A stretch of 64,000 nucleotides of DNA. Source: Octopus sinensis (taxonomy: Eukaryota). Location of the stretch: contig NC_043014.1 in the NCBI RefSeq assembly GCF_006345805.1, positions 7,812,001 through 7,876,000 on the forward strand, read 5' to 3'. The notes beneath the pieces were generated by a model. The model was not told the origin of the DNA, searched no databases, and saw nothing but the letters and a program-made list of their open reading frames with translations. Below, piece after piece: positions 35,116 to 48,155 of the stretch; positions within the stretch are counted from its first letter, which is position 1, and each line of letters starts with the position of its first letter. Both the position numbers and the translations under genes were made by a program.

Positions 35116-35592
35116 AATGTGCTTCCGCAGCCTTACTCTGATGACCTGTTCAACCAATGTTAGGGCAGTGGCATAAAGAGGATATTAGTAGGGACACCTG
35201 CATGCTTTAAGATTACTGTCATGACTTTGTCTCTGTTATGTTGCCATGTCTGTTGATAATAATTGAAACCGTTCCTGTAGTCATATTCCTCAGGAATTTC
35301 CATGTTTCCATATTCCATGATGGTGTTAAGCCTGATTGCAGATCAACATGTCTTCCGGTTTCTAAATTCCACCCACCAACTTTGGTCAGCTGGAAGTTTT
35401 ATTAAAAGAACTCGCCTAAGTTACTGCAGAGCAGGGCCGAAGCCTAAACTACATTGTTGTCAACTGATATTCACCAGAAATCCAATTCTGTGACCAATCA
35501 AACCCCATAAAATAAACAGAAAAGTCATTAACAATTACTATTATATAGTAATTAAGATGAGCTGTAAACAACAACTGCACGACAATGTAAAG

Positions 35593-35811
35593 CAGTGGTT
35601 TTCAACCAGGGTTCCACGGAACCTTAGGGTTCCGCCAGTACAGTCCAGGGGTTCCGCAAGAAGTTACAAAAGTGCTAAAATCGACAGTAATTTTTAATTC
35701 TCCTGTGCAGATATGTGTGCATAAGACAATTAAATTATTGCACAGGGGTTCCTCGAGCCAGTGAAATATTTTCTTGGGGTTCCGCTCCAGCAAAAAGGTT
35801 GAAAAGCACTG
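35593..35811. mobile_element. hAT-type MITE with perfect 8-bp TSD
   Basis: ATGTAAAG-CAGTGGTTTTCAACC ... GGTTGAAAAGCACTG-ATGTAAAG. Confidence 0.95.
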
Positions 35812-35823
35812 ATGTAAAGTGTA

Positions 35824-36088
35824 CTAGCCATCTCAATATGGCTAACCACTTAGGGGTAGCTCTCCCTTCATCGAAAACCGGTGATTGCCGTACGCTGAAG
35901 ACAGGAAAATACCTAGAAACTGCAGTCCGTGCGTATCACTTAGGTTGACGAGAGAGGGATGACCTCCCTTTGTAAATACCATTAGGGCACAGAAAGTGTG
36001 CCTAAAGCCAGCTGGAGACGATGATCTCCTGGGGCTACAAGCTACAGTAACACCCACCCTTTGTGGTTAGTCATATCGAGATGGCTAG
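35824..36088. mobile_element. Tc1/mariner-type MITE with TA TSD
   Basis: TA-CTAGCCATCTCAATATGGCTAACCA ... TGGTTAGTCATATCGAGATGGCTAG-TA. Confidence 0.85.
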
Positions 36089-38109
36089 TATACTTTAGAT
36101 AGTAATTAAGATGTCATGTAAAAAGTCATACTTATTCCTAATTGTCCCTTTTAAACCAGAAATTTATCTAAGAGTAGGGACCCAGTTGAGAAATACTGGA
36201 CTCAATGTCTGCATATAAAATAAGGCTGAATATTTTAAGAGTAAACTGGTTTTATTTACATTTTAAATCATTGAATACTTCTGTGTATACTCTGGCCTCC
36301 GTGCCGATGGCACATAAAGAACACCATTCAAGTGTGATCGTTACCTGCGCCTTACTGGCACTTGTGCTGGTGGCACGTGAAAAAACATTCGAGCGGGGCT
36401 GTTGCCAGTGCCGCTGGACTGGCTCTTGTGCAGGTGGCACATAAATAACACCATTTGAGCGTGGCCGTTGCCAGTATCGCCTGACTGGCCCCCATGCCGG
36501 TGACACGTAAAAGCACCCACTACACTCTCGGAGTGGTTGGCGTTAGGAAGAGCATCCAGCTGTAGAAACTCTGCCAAATCAAGATTGGAGCCTGGTGTAG
36601 CCATCTGGTTTGCCAGCCCTCAGTCATTCATCCAACTCATGCTAGCATGGAAAGCGGACGTTAAACGATGATGATGATGATGATGATGACGATGTCTTTG
36701 AATTTTGAGAGAATCCTTTCATATTTTGTATCCATTGCATTAACCCTTTTGACACTGGACTGCCTAGAATTGTGCATGCTTATATTCTTATCCAACTATT
36801 TATCCAACGCTTATCCAACTACTTTAGTTAAGTTAAGTTAAATTAATTTTTTGGCTCAAAAAGCAAAAAGCAAGCCCATGTAGGGGGACATGGAGTTATG
36901 TGCAGGGGTGTTCATGCAAAGAGTTCAGGCCATTTCTGGTCAAGAGAGACTTTGAACCGAGCGTTCGTCGGCATCTTCACTATCTCGTCCGGCAGCTTAT
37001 TCCACGGATCCGCAACCCGGACGGAGAAAGTCCCTCTCCTTCGATTGAGATGAAATCGTCGCAGATAGAGCTTTTCGTAGTGACCCCGCAGCCGACGTTC
37101 TGGAGCTGGAGTGAAGAACAGCTCTTTCGAGAGGTTACCCTTTCCGCTTATGATGTTGTGAGCAAGAATGAGATCACCACGGCGTCATCGTTTTTCTAGA
37201 GAATAAAGGTCGAGCGTCTTCAGCCTTTCTTCATAAGACAAATGCTTGAGACCAAGAAGACTTTACTAAGAAGACTTTTGACAGGCTCCCTTACTCTATG
37301 ATTTAGGGGTCACTAATGGAACTAGAGGCAGATGAATGACCAGTCTAGGCAACATAATCCATGTGAGCTAATATGGAGATAAGGATGCGAATAAACAAAT
37401 AAACACACTTGGGCTTGATATATTACATATACATACATATACGTAGGAGTGGCTGTGTGGTAAGTAGCTTGTTTACCAACCACATGGTTTAGGGTTCAAT
37501 CCCACCGCGTGGCACCTTGGGCAAGTGTCTTCTATTATAGCCTCAGGCCGACCAAAGCCTTCTGAGTGGATTTAGTAGACGGAAACTGAAAGAAGCCCGT
37601 CGTATATATGTATATATATGTGTGTGTGTGTGTATATGTATGTTTGTGTGTCTGTGTTTGTACACGCTTGACAACCGATGTTGGTGTGTTTACGTCCCCG
37701 TAACCTAGCGGTTCGGCAAAAGAGACCGATAGAATAAGTACTAGGCTTACAAAGAATAAGTCCTGGGGTCGATTTGCTCGACTAAAGGCAGTGCTCCAGC
37801 ATGGCCACAGTCAAATGACTTAACCAAGTGAAAGAGAGTAAAAAGTAAGAGCATACGTGTAAATATATATAGGGATATATACAGAGAGAAGCACACACAG
37901 AAAATATTCAAAAGAGGAACAATGATGTATAAACATATGAATATTTATATATTTACAGAACAGATTTGGATGGAATACAAACGATATAGAAAACTAAATG
38001 GTGAAGAGTATGGTATTTCAAGTCCAACAGCTGTTTCTAGGGGCTCAGAATTACATAACAGTTGTAATGTTGACAGATGGTACGTGCTAGCAGTCAGCAA
38101 TATGTAACC

Positions 38110-38390
38110 AGTAGTGGATGCATATAAACATTACCGTAAATCCGGTCTCCATCTTCAATGTGGAGAGATTGGTATCTGATGCTTCAGATCATGATGTAAG
38201 GAATTTAAGGGCAGAATGGGTGAAGAGAGTAAATAGAAGTATGTGGAAGGAGGAAAAAGACAGTTCAAGAGGAGTGGGGAGTGTCCAAGCAAAGAAAGGG
38301 CAAGAGGAGAAAGCAGGGGCTGAGCAGAGACGATTGCCCATAAATATTTCACGTATTCAACATTGGTTCATTACTCATGATTGATTACGT
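38110..38390 (-). pseudogene. Highly decayed LINE (L2-like) 3' fragment
   Basis: The minus strand resembles the post-RT C-terminal region (pyrimidine-rich, SALxNSL-like) but is broken by frameshifts. Confidence 0.4.
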
Positions 38391-38486
38391 GATTAAATCA
38401 TTAATCAATTTTAGGAGAAATCATATTTTATGTAAATCACTTCCCAAGGATCGTATGCAGGAAACGAAATCATTTTATTTAATGAG

Positions 38487-38517
<31 letters not shown>

Positions 38518-38696
38518 GTACCAGTTACGCACTGGGGTCGATGTAATTGACTTAATCCGTTTATCTGTCCTTGTTTGTCCCTTCTGTATTTAGCCCCTTG
38601 TGGGTAGTAAAGAAACAGGTATTTCGTCTGCCGTTACGTTCTGAGTTCAAATTCCGCCGAGGTTGACTTTGCCTTTCATCCTTTCGGGGTCGATAA

Positions 38697-38753
<57 letters not shown>

Positions 38754-41669
38754 TATATATAGTAGTGAATTGAGTCAGTAATGTAGTCAAACCGGCCTCA
38801 CCTTGCTATGTATTCTTTTAATAAACACGAGTACACATACGCGCGCACACATACATACACACACATACACACACTAAACCAATCTTTGCATTATTTGAAC
38901 TCCAACATTCAAATCAGTGAGTCAATACTAAGGATGTCGTTGTTTTCATGACATGGTGAAACTAATTACCATAAGAATATAAGACTAAAGAATATAAGAA
39001 TAAATAATTACCATAAGAATAAGAATAAAGGCGAAAGGAAACAAGATACTAAATGGAAGAAAATTTGTGATTTACAGTCTGAAAAATATTCAAGAAGAGA
39101 ATAGGATAATTTGTTGCATTGTAGTTCATTGTATTTTGTTTAAGCTGAATAAATTTGTATAAGATATATTTAAAGAAGGAAGGCGGCGACCTGGCAGAAT
39201 TGTTAGCACGCCGGACAAAATTCTTAGTGGCATTTCGTCCCACCTTGACGTTCTGAGTTCAAACTCCACCGAAGTCGACTTTTAAGGCGGCGAGCTGGCA
39301 GAAACGTTAGCACGCCGGGCGAAATGCTTAGCGGTATTTCGTCTGTCGTTACGCTCTAAGTTCAAATTCCGCCGAGGTCGACTTTGCCTTTCATCCTTTC
39401 GGGGTCGATAAATTAAGTACCAGTTACGCACTGGGGTCGATGTAATCGACTTAATCCGTTTGTCTGTCCTTGTTTGTCCTCTCTATGTTTAGCCCCTTGT
39501 AGGTAGTAAAGAAATAGGTATTTCGTCTGCTGTTACGTTCTGAGTTCAAATTCCGCCGAGGTCGACTTTGCCTTTCATCCTTTCGGGGTCGATAAATAAG
39601 TACCAGTACGCGCACTGGGGTCGATGTAATCGACTTAATCCGTTTGTCTGTCCTTGTTTGTCCTCTCTATGTTTAGCCCCTTGTAGGTAGTAAAGAAATA
39701 TGTATTTCGTCTGCCGTTACGTTCTGAGTTCAAATTCCGCCGAGGTCGACTTTACCTTTCATCCTTTCGGGGTCGATAAATTAAGTACCAGTTACGCACT
39801 GGGGTCGATGTAATCGACTTAATCCGTTTGTCTGTCCTTGTTTGTCCCCTCTATGTTTAGCCCCTTGTGGGTAGTAAAGAAATAGGTATTTCGTCTGCTG
39901 TTACGTTCTGAGTTCAAATTCCGCCGAGGTCGACTTTGCCTTTCATCCTTTCGGGCTCGATAAATTAAGTACCAGTTGCGTACTGGGGTCAATCTAATCA
40001 ACTGGCCCCCTCCCCACAAAATTTCGGGCCTTGTGCCTAGTGTAGAAAAGAATATATTTTATGCAAATGTATTCAGCTTAAACAATGCTGAACTTTTCTC
40101 ATTCTCTCATTCTTATTCTTTCAAATTTTCTTATTCTCAGCCTTGAAAAGTTTTCAGAATGAGACAAACAATTTTTATCCTTCGTTCAACGTCTTGCTTT
40201 GTTTTCGTCCTGACCATGTATATTCTTTTAATTAGATGGTAATTACTTTCACGTGATGTGTGTGCAGTATTTTTCATTCTGTATTAGATCAGTGACTTGC
40301 CTGATTTGAATTTCTGAATTCAAATAATGCCAAAACTGATTCAATATATACATACGTATGTATGTATGTATGTGCGTATGTATGTACTTATGTATGTATG
40401 TATGTATGTATGTATGTATGTATGTATGTATGTATGTATGTATGTATGTACGTACGTATGTATGTATGCATGTATGTATGTATGTATGTATGTATGTATG
40501 TATTTATGCGGAGGCGCAATGGCCCAGTGGTTAGGGCAGCGGACTCGCGGTTTCGATTCCCAGACAGGGTGTTGTGAGTGTTTATTGAGCGAAAACACCT
40601 AAAACCCCACGGCAGGAGGTGTCGGCGAACCCTGCTGTACTCATTCACTACAACTTTCTCTCACTCTTCCTGTTTCTGTTGTACCTGTATTTTAAAAGGG
40701 CCAGCCTTGTCGCACTCTGTGTCACGCCGAATCGCCCCAAGAACTACATTAAGGGTACACGTGTCTGTGGAGTGTTCAACCACTTGCACGTTAATTTCAC
40801 GAGCAAGCTTTTCCGTCGATCGGATCAACTGGAACCCTCGTCGTCGCAACTGACAAAGTGCCACGATGTATGTATGTATGTATGTATGTATGTGGAGGCA
40901 CATGACCTAGTGGTTAGAGCAGCAGTCTCGCGGTCGAGGGATCGCGAGTTTGAATCTCATCCCGGGCGATGTGTGTTTATGAGTGAAACATCTAAGCCCC
41001 ACGCGATAATGGGGAACCTATGTTAACTCTTTCGCCACAATTTTCTCTCTCTCTTTCCTCCTACATCTAGCAGTCACCTGTGATGGACCCGCGTCGAGTC
41101 TGGTGGGGAACCTATACGCCATTGAAACCGAGCTATGGCTTCTACGATACTGTGGGTTCTTATTTCTTCATTCTTGGGGTTATCCTTTTGACAGATCTCA
41201 TTATTCAGTGTTCTAGCTACAACATCATATCTCATTGATAGACAATACCGTTATGATGCTTTCGATCAACTGCTTCTGATGAGGTATCTAGTTTCAATAC
41301 TTACTCGGGTCGACATACTCCCAATCTTCAGGTCTTGTATGTGTTTATTGAGCGAAAACACCAAAAGCTCCACGAGGCTCCGGCAGGGGGTGGTGGCGAC
41401 CCCTGTTGTACTCTTTCGCTCCAACTTCCTCTCACTCTTTCTTCCTGTTTCTTGTACCTGACTTCCTACGCAACCGTTGAGCCTGGATGTGCATTCATCC
41501 ATTCGTCGATGCTCTCGGTGTCGGGGGTTGACCTGCTTTCTCTTCTGCGGGTCTTACGAATAGCAAAGGATCACGCTTCGGACTTCTCCTGGGGCGCGAT
41601 CTTGCGAGCTCTGGGACGAAGACCGCTTCGCTCAACAAACAAACAAACAAACAGCTACAGCAAATACCA

Positions 41670-43207
41670 ATAACGCTTAAGACCTCATAATTCAATGCAC
41701 TTACAACCACATACAACAATTACAAGAATTAATATTTCAGAGCCTGAAGTGTTTACTGTACTCACCAGCAGTTATGAATTATACCTACACCACTCAAGTG
41801 CTGAATGAGTCACTGCACTCCCCAACATCTATAAGATACATCTAGAAAAGCAATTACTGTACGCACCAACAGTTATAACACACATCGATAACGCTTAAGG
41901 CCTGAACGAACCTCTGCACTCACAAATAGTTAAACAGACACTCACAACACTGAAAACCTTCCTGAAGGAATCAGTGCACTCGCCAGCAGACACAACATAT
42001 ATATATATGCAACACTTAAGGCCTTAAAGAATCACTGAACTCCTCAAAATGTACACCATACATGTACAACGCTCAGGGATCGGAAGAAAGCACAATAATT
42101 ACTACAATGTCCTTCGACAAAATTTGAGACCTAAATAAATCGTCGTTTTCAGAAACACATACAGCAAATATCCATAACATTTAAGATCTGAAGGAATAAC
42201 TACAATCTCAAAAATCTATAATAAAATCAATACATAAGGCCCGAGGAATCATTGCATTCTCTAAGAGCTAAGACATACACCCATTACGATGCCTACAGAA
42301 ATCACTGTACCGAAACCAACAGATGGAATCACACACTTATTCTGCTTATGACATGATGCACTTATCAACATCTGTAATATACCTATTTCTTTTACTACCC
42401 ACAAGGGGCTAAACACAGAGAGGACAAACAAGGACAGACAAACGGATTAAGTCGATTATATCGACCCCAGTGCGTAACTGGTACTTATTTAATCGATCCC
42501 GAAAGGATGAAAGGCAAAGTCGACCTCGGCGGAATTTGAACTCAGAACGTAACAGCAGACGAAATACCTATTTCTTTACTACCCACAAGGGGCTAAACAT
42601 AGAGAGGACAAACAAGGACAGACAAACGGATTAAGTCGATTATATCGACCCCAGTGCGTAACTGGTACTTATTTAATCGATCCCGAAAGGATGAAAGGTA
42701 AAGTCGACCTCGGCGGAATTTGAACTCAGAACGTAAAGAAAGACGAAATACCTATTTCTTTACTACCCACAAGGGGCTAAACTCAGAGGGGACAAACAAG
42801 GACAGACATAGATTTTAAGTCGATTACATCGAGCTCAGTGCGTAACTGGTACTTATTTAATCGACCCCGAAAGGATGAAAGGCAAAGTCGACCTCGGCGG
42901 AATTTGAACTCAGAACGTAGCGACAAACGAAATACCGCTAAGCATTTCGCCCGGCGTGCTAACGCTTCTGCCAACTCGCCGCCATTACCATCTGTAATAT
43001 ACAGCTACAACACTCAAAGTCTGAAGAAATCTGCTCATTTACCAATAAGAACAATATGCATTTACAAAATATACGGCCTGAAGGAACCACTGAATACACC
43101 AAATGATAAAATATATATTAATAATTCTTATGAGCAGAAGAAATTGCTTCACTCATCAAAAAACAACATCTAGTACAATACTTAACACTTGAAGAAACCT
43201 ACTCACC
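41670..43207 (+). repeat. Ancient degenerate ~57-bp tandem array (core AACACTTAAGGCCTGAAGGAATCACTGCACTC), interrupted by SINE B; continues inverted at ~43900-44260
   Basis: The core recurs at ~41671, 41731, 41789, 41889, 41946, 42011, 42068, 42118, 42175, 42229, 42283, then 43009, 43068, 43125, 43181. Confidence 0.75.
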
Positions 43208-45770
43208 AATATCTAAGTGTTAGATGTATGTTGTTAGAGCACTTTTACTTGTTTCAGTCATTTGACTGCGGCCATGCTGGAGCACCGCCTTTTAGTCGAG
43301 CAAATCGACCCCCGGGACTTATGCGCACTTAAAATGTATTTAATACAGGAAATAACTTGTTTGCAAAGGGTTAGGGTTCCAGTACGTGTTCCTTAGGTAG
43401 CGTGTGTTGTGTGTGTGTGTGGTGTGTGTGTGTGCGTGTGTGTGTGTGCGTGTGTGTGTGTGTGTGTGTGTATTTGTGTGTATATTACTCTTTCTCTTTT
43501 ACTCTTTTACTTGTTTCAGTCATTTGTTTCGGCCATGCTGGAGCACCGCCTTTAGTCGAGCAAATCGACCCCCGGGACTTATTCTTTGTAAGCCCAGTAC
43601 TTATTCTATCGGTCTCTTTTGTCGAACCGCTAAGTGACGGCGACGTAAACACACCAGCATCGGTTGTCAAGCAATGCTAGGGGGAACAAACACAGACACA
43701 CAAACACACACATACATATACACATATATACATATATACGACGGGCTTCTTTCAGTTTCCGTCTACCAAATCCACTCACGGCATTAATCGGCCCGGGGCT
43801 ATAGCAGAAGACACTTGCCCAAGATGCCACACAGTGGGACTGAACCCGGAACCATGTGGTTGGTAAGCAAGCTACTTACCACACAGCTACTCCTGCGCTT
43901 ATGAGTTTTTCAGACGTTAATTGTTAGATATGCGTTGTAATTGTTGGTGCATGTAGTGATGCCTGCAGGCGGTAGTTTGTAAATATTTCCTGCATTTGTT
44001 GGCGAATGCAGTGATTCATTCAGGTTCAATTGTTAGAAGCACGTGTTTAGCTTTCGGTGGAAACCGGTTTCTTCAGTCTCAAAGGTGTTTGTCGTAAATT
44101 TTGGAGAATTCAGTAACTCCTTGAAGCCTTAAGATTATAAGTTTGTTGTAGCTGTTTGTGATTGCTGCGAGACCTTTAGTTTCTAAGTGTTTATATACGT
44201 GATGTATCTGTGGGAGGGTGCAGTTACGCTAAGCGGTCTTGTAATTGTATATTTTAGTTATGCAGAAACAGACAGATGGGGGACAAAAAAACCATCCCTT
44301 TGGAATTTTTCATGTTCTTCTTCACCCAAATAAATGCTCAATGTCTCTATCATTACACGAAGTTGTTGTGAAGCCGCACTGCAGCTGTTTGGGCAAAAAA
44401 GGAGGCTTACAACGCTTTGAAAATCTCTGACATTTACTAAGCAATGCAACTGTTGGAAACCACAACCCTGACTGTATGGAAGCACTCCGTCGGTTACGAC
44501 GACGAGGGTTCCGGTTGATCCGAATCAACGGAACAGCCTGCTCGTGAAATTAACGTGTAAGTGGCTGAGCACTCCACAGACACGTGTACCCTTTACGTAG
44601 TTCTCGAGGATATTCAGCGTGACACAGAGAGTGACAAGGCCGGCCCTTTGAAATACAGGTACAACAGAAACAGGAAGTAAGAGAAAGTTGTGTTGAAAGA
44701 GTACAGCAGGGATCACCACCATCCCCTGCCGGAGCCTCGTGGAGCTTTAGGTGTTTTCGCTCAATAAACACTCACAACGCCCGGTCTGGGAATCGAAACC
44801 GCGATCCTATGACCGCGAGTCCGCTGCCCTAACCACTGGGCCATTGCGCCTCCACACAATCCTGACTACTAAAGCTGTTTTCGTACATAGCACATCTCTC
44901 GAACTTTTCCACTTCCAAAACTGCATGTGGTCTTTTTGGTCACTTGCCAAAGAATTCCATCAATTTTGCGGAGTCTTTTCTTCTTTCACTTTCCATCGAT
45001 GATGTCTTTGCTGCAGACATTTGACAAAACGTCTCTAAACTCTTTCCTTCCTCCTATCAGATCCTTCGTCAGACACATACACCAAGTACGGGAATACTCC
45101 CGGTTGCTTTAAACCAACACTAACTGACAAGGTTCTTTCAATTTCACTCAAATATTACACCACAGAATTTGTCCCTATACTCGCGAAACTCTTCAACATT
45201 TCACTTGCTACAGGAATGTATCCTGATCTAAGGAACCGCGCTACAGTGTGTGTTCGACTCCTAAAATAGAAAAACACCTCTAATCCAATCAGCTATCGTC
45301 TTGTTGCACTTACTCTTAATATCTGAAAAGTAACGCAAAAATCATTACCTTTTTCTTCTTAAAACTTGAATCTCTGCTCAGTGATCTCCATGGAGTAAGA
45401 CCGCAATGGAGCTCGTAGTAGTATTTTACTTTAGACGTGTACTTTTAGACACATTAAACTTTCCGTGTAAATGAATTAGAAAACATATGTAAATCTATTG
45501 CTGACACACGGAATTGCAGAATAGAAATTCAACTTCAGACAGACACTTTACACGCTTGTAATAAATTTTACGAAAATTTATGCTGCTTAAACAATGCACA
45601 TGAAAATACAGTGTAACGAATTTTCTCATTCTCAGCCTCGAAATCTTTTTAGAATGTAATTGAAAACTTCTCTTTCATTCAGTATCTGTTTTTCTCCTAC
45701 CCACGTTGTATATCCTTTTATGCAGATGGTAATTAATTTCACACCACTGAGTTAAATATATATATATATA

Positions 45771-45819
<49 letters not shown>

Positions 45820-45822
45820 TAT

Positions 45823-45900
<78 letters not shown>

Positions 45901-45976
45901 TTAACTCAAAACCTCAAATCTGTAAGTAATAATATATTGTAGTTCAAGCAATGTTGTACAAGCAATATCTAAGTGT

Positions 45977-46005
<29 letters not shown>
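43207..46005 (+). repeat. ~2.8-kb segmental duplication, copy 1 (copy 2 at ~49446-52130; partial third copy at 48605-49190)
   Basis: Colinear near-identity including SINE A, SINE C, an L2-type RT fragment and unique spacers. Confidence 0.95.
44990..45330 (+). pseudogene. LINE (L2/CR1/Jockey-type) RT N-terminal fragment; duplicated at 48800-49140 and 51240-51570
   Basis: KYYTTEFVPILAKLFNISLATGMYP...A.V...K..NTSNPISYRLVALT matches RT domain 0-1. Confidence 0.75.
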
Positions 46006-46014
<9 letters not shown>

Positions 46015-46689
46015 ATATTTATATAAGAAAAAAGGTTTGAAAATGCAATTTAAACGATGTTTATTTACTTAACCGGTTTCACTCTTTGGTAAAAGATTGT
46101 CAAAAGTTACATTTAAGGAAACATTGCATAATATGGGTTCAAAAAAAGTTTTTTACATAATTGTCACATTGAATATTATGCATTCAAAAAGGTTTTTACA
46201 TAATTGTCACATTGGATATTATGAATTCAAAAATGTTTTTTTATACATAATTGTCACATTAATTATAAAATATAGTGTTTGGTAACAGAGAAGTTCAATA
46301 GTGTGATGAGAATATTTGGGAAAATTTGGCAGAAAAGGATAAAACAAATATATTATTGGGAATTGGTTGCGTTAATTATTGGTTGTCGCAAATTGTCACA
46401 TTACATGTATATATATACAATCTTCGGTATATAATAACAGCCTTTTGACAGCAAAAATTAAAATGGATTTTTTATACATCTCAGAATATTTTAAGTACAG
46501 GGCGAGAATATGTTTTTACTGACCTGTTGGTATTAGCAGAAAGGCTGAACTGAGAGAACAGGGAAGTAGCCAATGTGGTGTATACTTCCCCTTTATGCAT
46601 GAATGATTTTGGGGTTATCAGGAGGTTAGTATGCGGGTGTGAATAGATTGTGTCCGTGCCCGCTGGTCAGATAGCGTCTGTTTGTCACA

Positions 46690-46690
46690 C

Positions 46691-46721
<31 letters not shown>

Positions 46722-47799
46722 AACAAACACACACACACACACACACACAGTAAACAAACACACACCACATACAAACAACACACACACACACACAGAACAC
46801 ACACACCCACCACACCACAACGCACCCACATATATCACATATACACAGCACACAAATATAATATGTATCTATATATAACATACACAGATATATAACACAT
46901 ACATACACAACACACACACACACACCACACACACACACACACACGCACACAACATACATAATATAAATATCACACAAATACACTAGCATATATATACACA
47001 CATACAATACACACATACAGCATGTAAGTAATTACATACACAATATATGCATGCAATATACATACGCAGTACATACATATAATATTATATATAGACAATG
47101 CATATACATATATACACATATACATATAAATAGTGTTTACATACACATACATAGATGTACCACATATACACACAATACACATACATACAACGCATACACA
47201 CATACACGTACGCATACATATAATATATATATACCACACACACACACATAACATACATACACAATGTATACATATATATACACGCAATGCACATACATGT
47301 ATTCAGCATATATAGCACACCTACAATATACATATATACACTGCACACATACACACACATATATACACTTAATTGTACACATACATATACAATACACATA
47401 CATACAATATACATATACACAATGCGCATGCAAATAATGTACATGTTTATACACACATAAACAAGCAAATAATATACACACACCACATACACACCCACAC
47501 ACATATATATACACACATATATATATATATATATACTCACATACATACATACATACATGCACATACATATATTTTTTCACACACATATACATACATATAT
47601 ATATATATAAAAAATTCACCCCCCCCCAACACACACAAATACAACCTATAGCGTACACACTCAAATATATCTCTACATGCCGCACACACACACAAACAAA
47701 GTACTAACATATACACACATACCATGCATATACACACAAAACACCCACACACACACATATATAATATATATATATATATATCTATAATATATATATATT

Positions 47800-47891
<92 letters not shown>

Positions 47892-47900
47892 AATAAATAG
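46690..47900. repeat. Degenerate CA/TA low-complexity tract ending in (TA)n
   Basis: Directly visible; source of many spurious ORFs. Confidence 0.95.
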
Positions 47901-48118
47901 GGTGAGGCGGCGAGCTGGCAGAAACGTTAGCACGCCGAGCGAAATGCTTAGCGGTATTTCGTCTGCGTTACGTTGTGAGTTCAAATTCCGCCGAGGTCGA
48001 CTTTGCCTTCATCCTTTCGGGGGCGATAAATAAAGTACCAGTTTCGCATTGAGCTCGATGTAATCTACTTAATCCGTTTGTCTGTCCTTGTTTGTTTAGC
48101 CCCTTGTGGGCAATAAAG

Positions 48119-48150
<32 letters not shown>

Positions 48151-48155
<5 letters not shown>

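Noticed and set aside
35220-35390. Minus-strand LTKVGGWNL... as a neprilysin (M13)-like exon
   Set aside because: The similarity is limited to GGWN, the frame closes without a good donor, and no other M13 exons were found.
41670-43207. ~57-bp array as CRISPR or as tandem hammerheads (it contains CTGAAGA/CTGAAGG)
   Set aside because: The cores are too divergent for CRISPR repeats, no cas genes are present, and there is no downstream GAAA/NUH arrangement.
46520-46560. Minus-strand 21-26-nt microexon (ttctctcAG...CAG|GTCAGT)
   Set aside because: Splice-like motifs only, with no partner exons; expected by chance.
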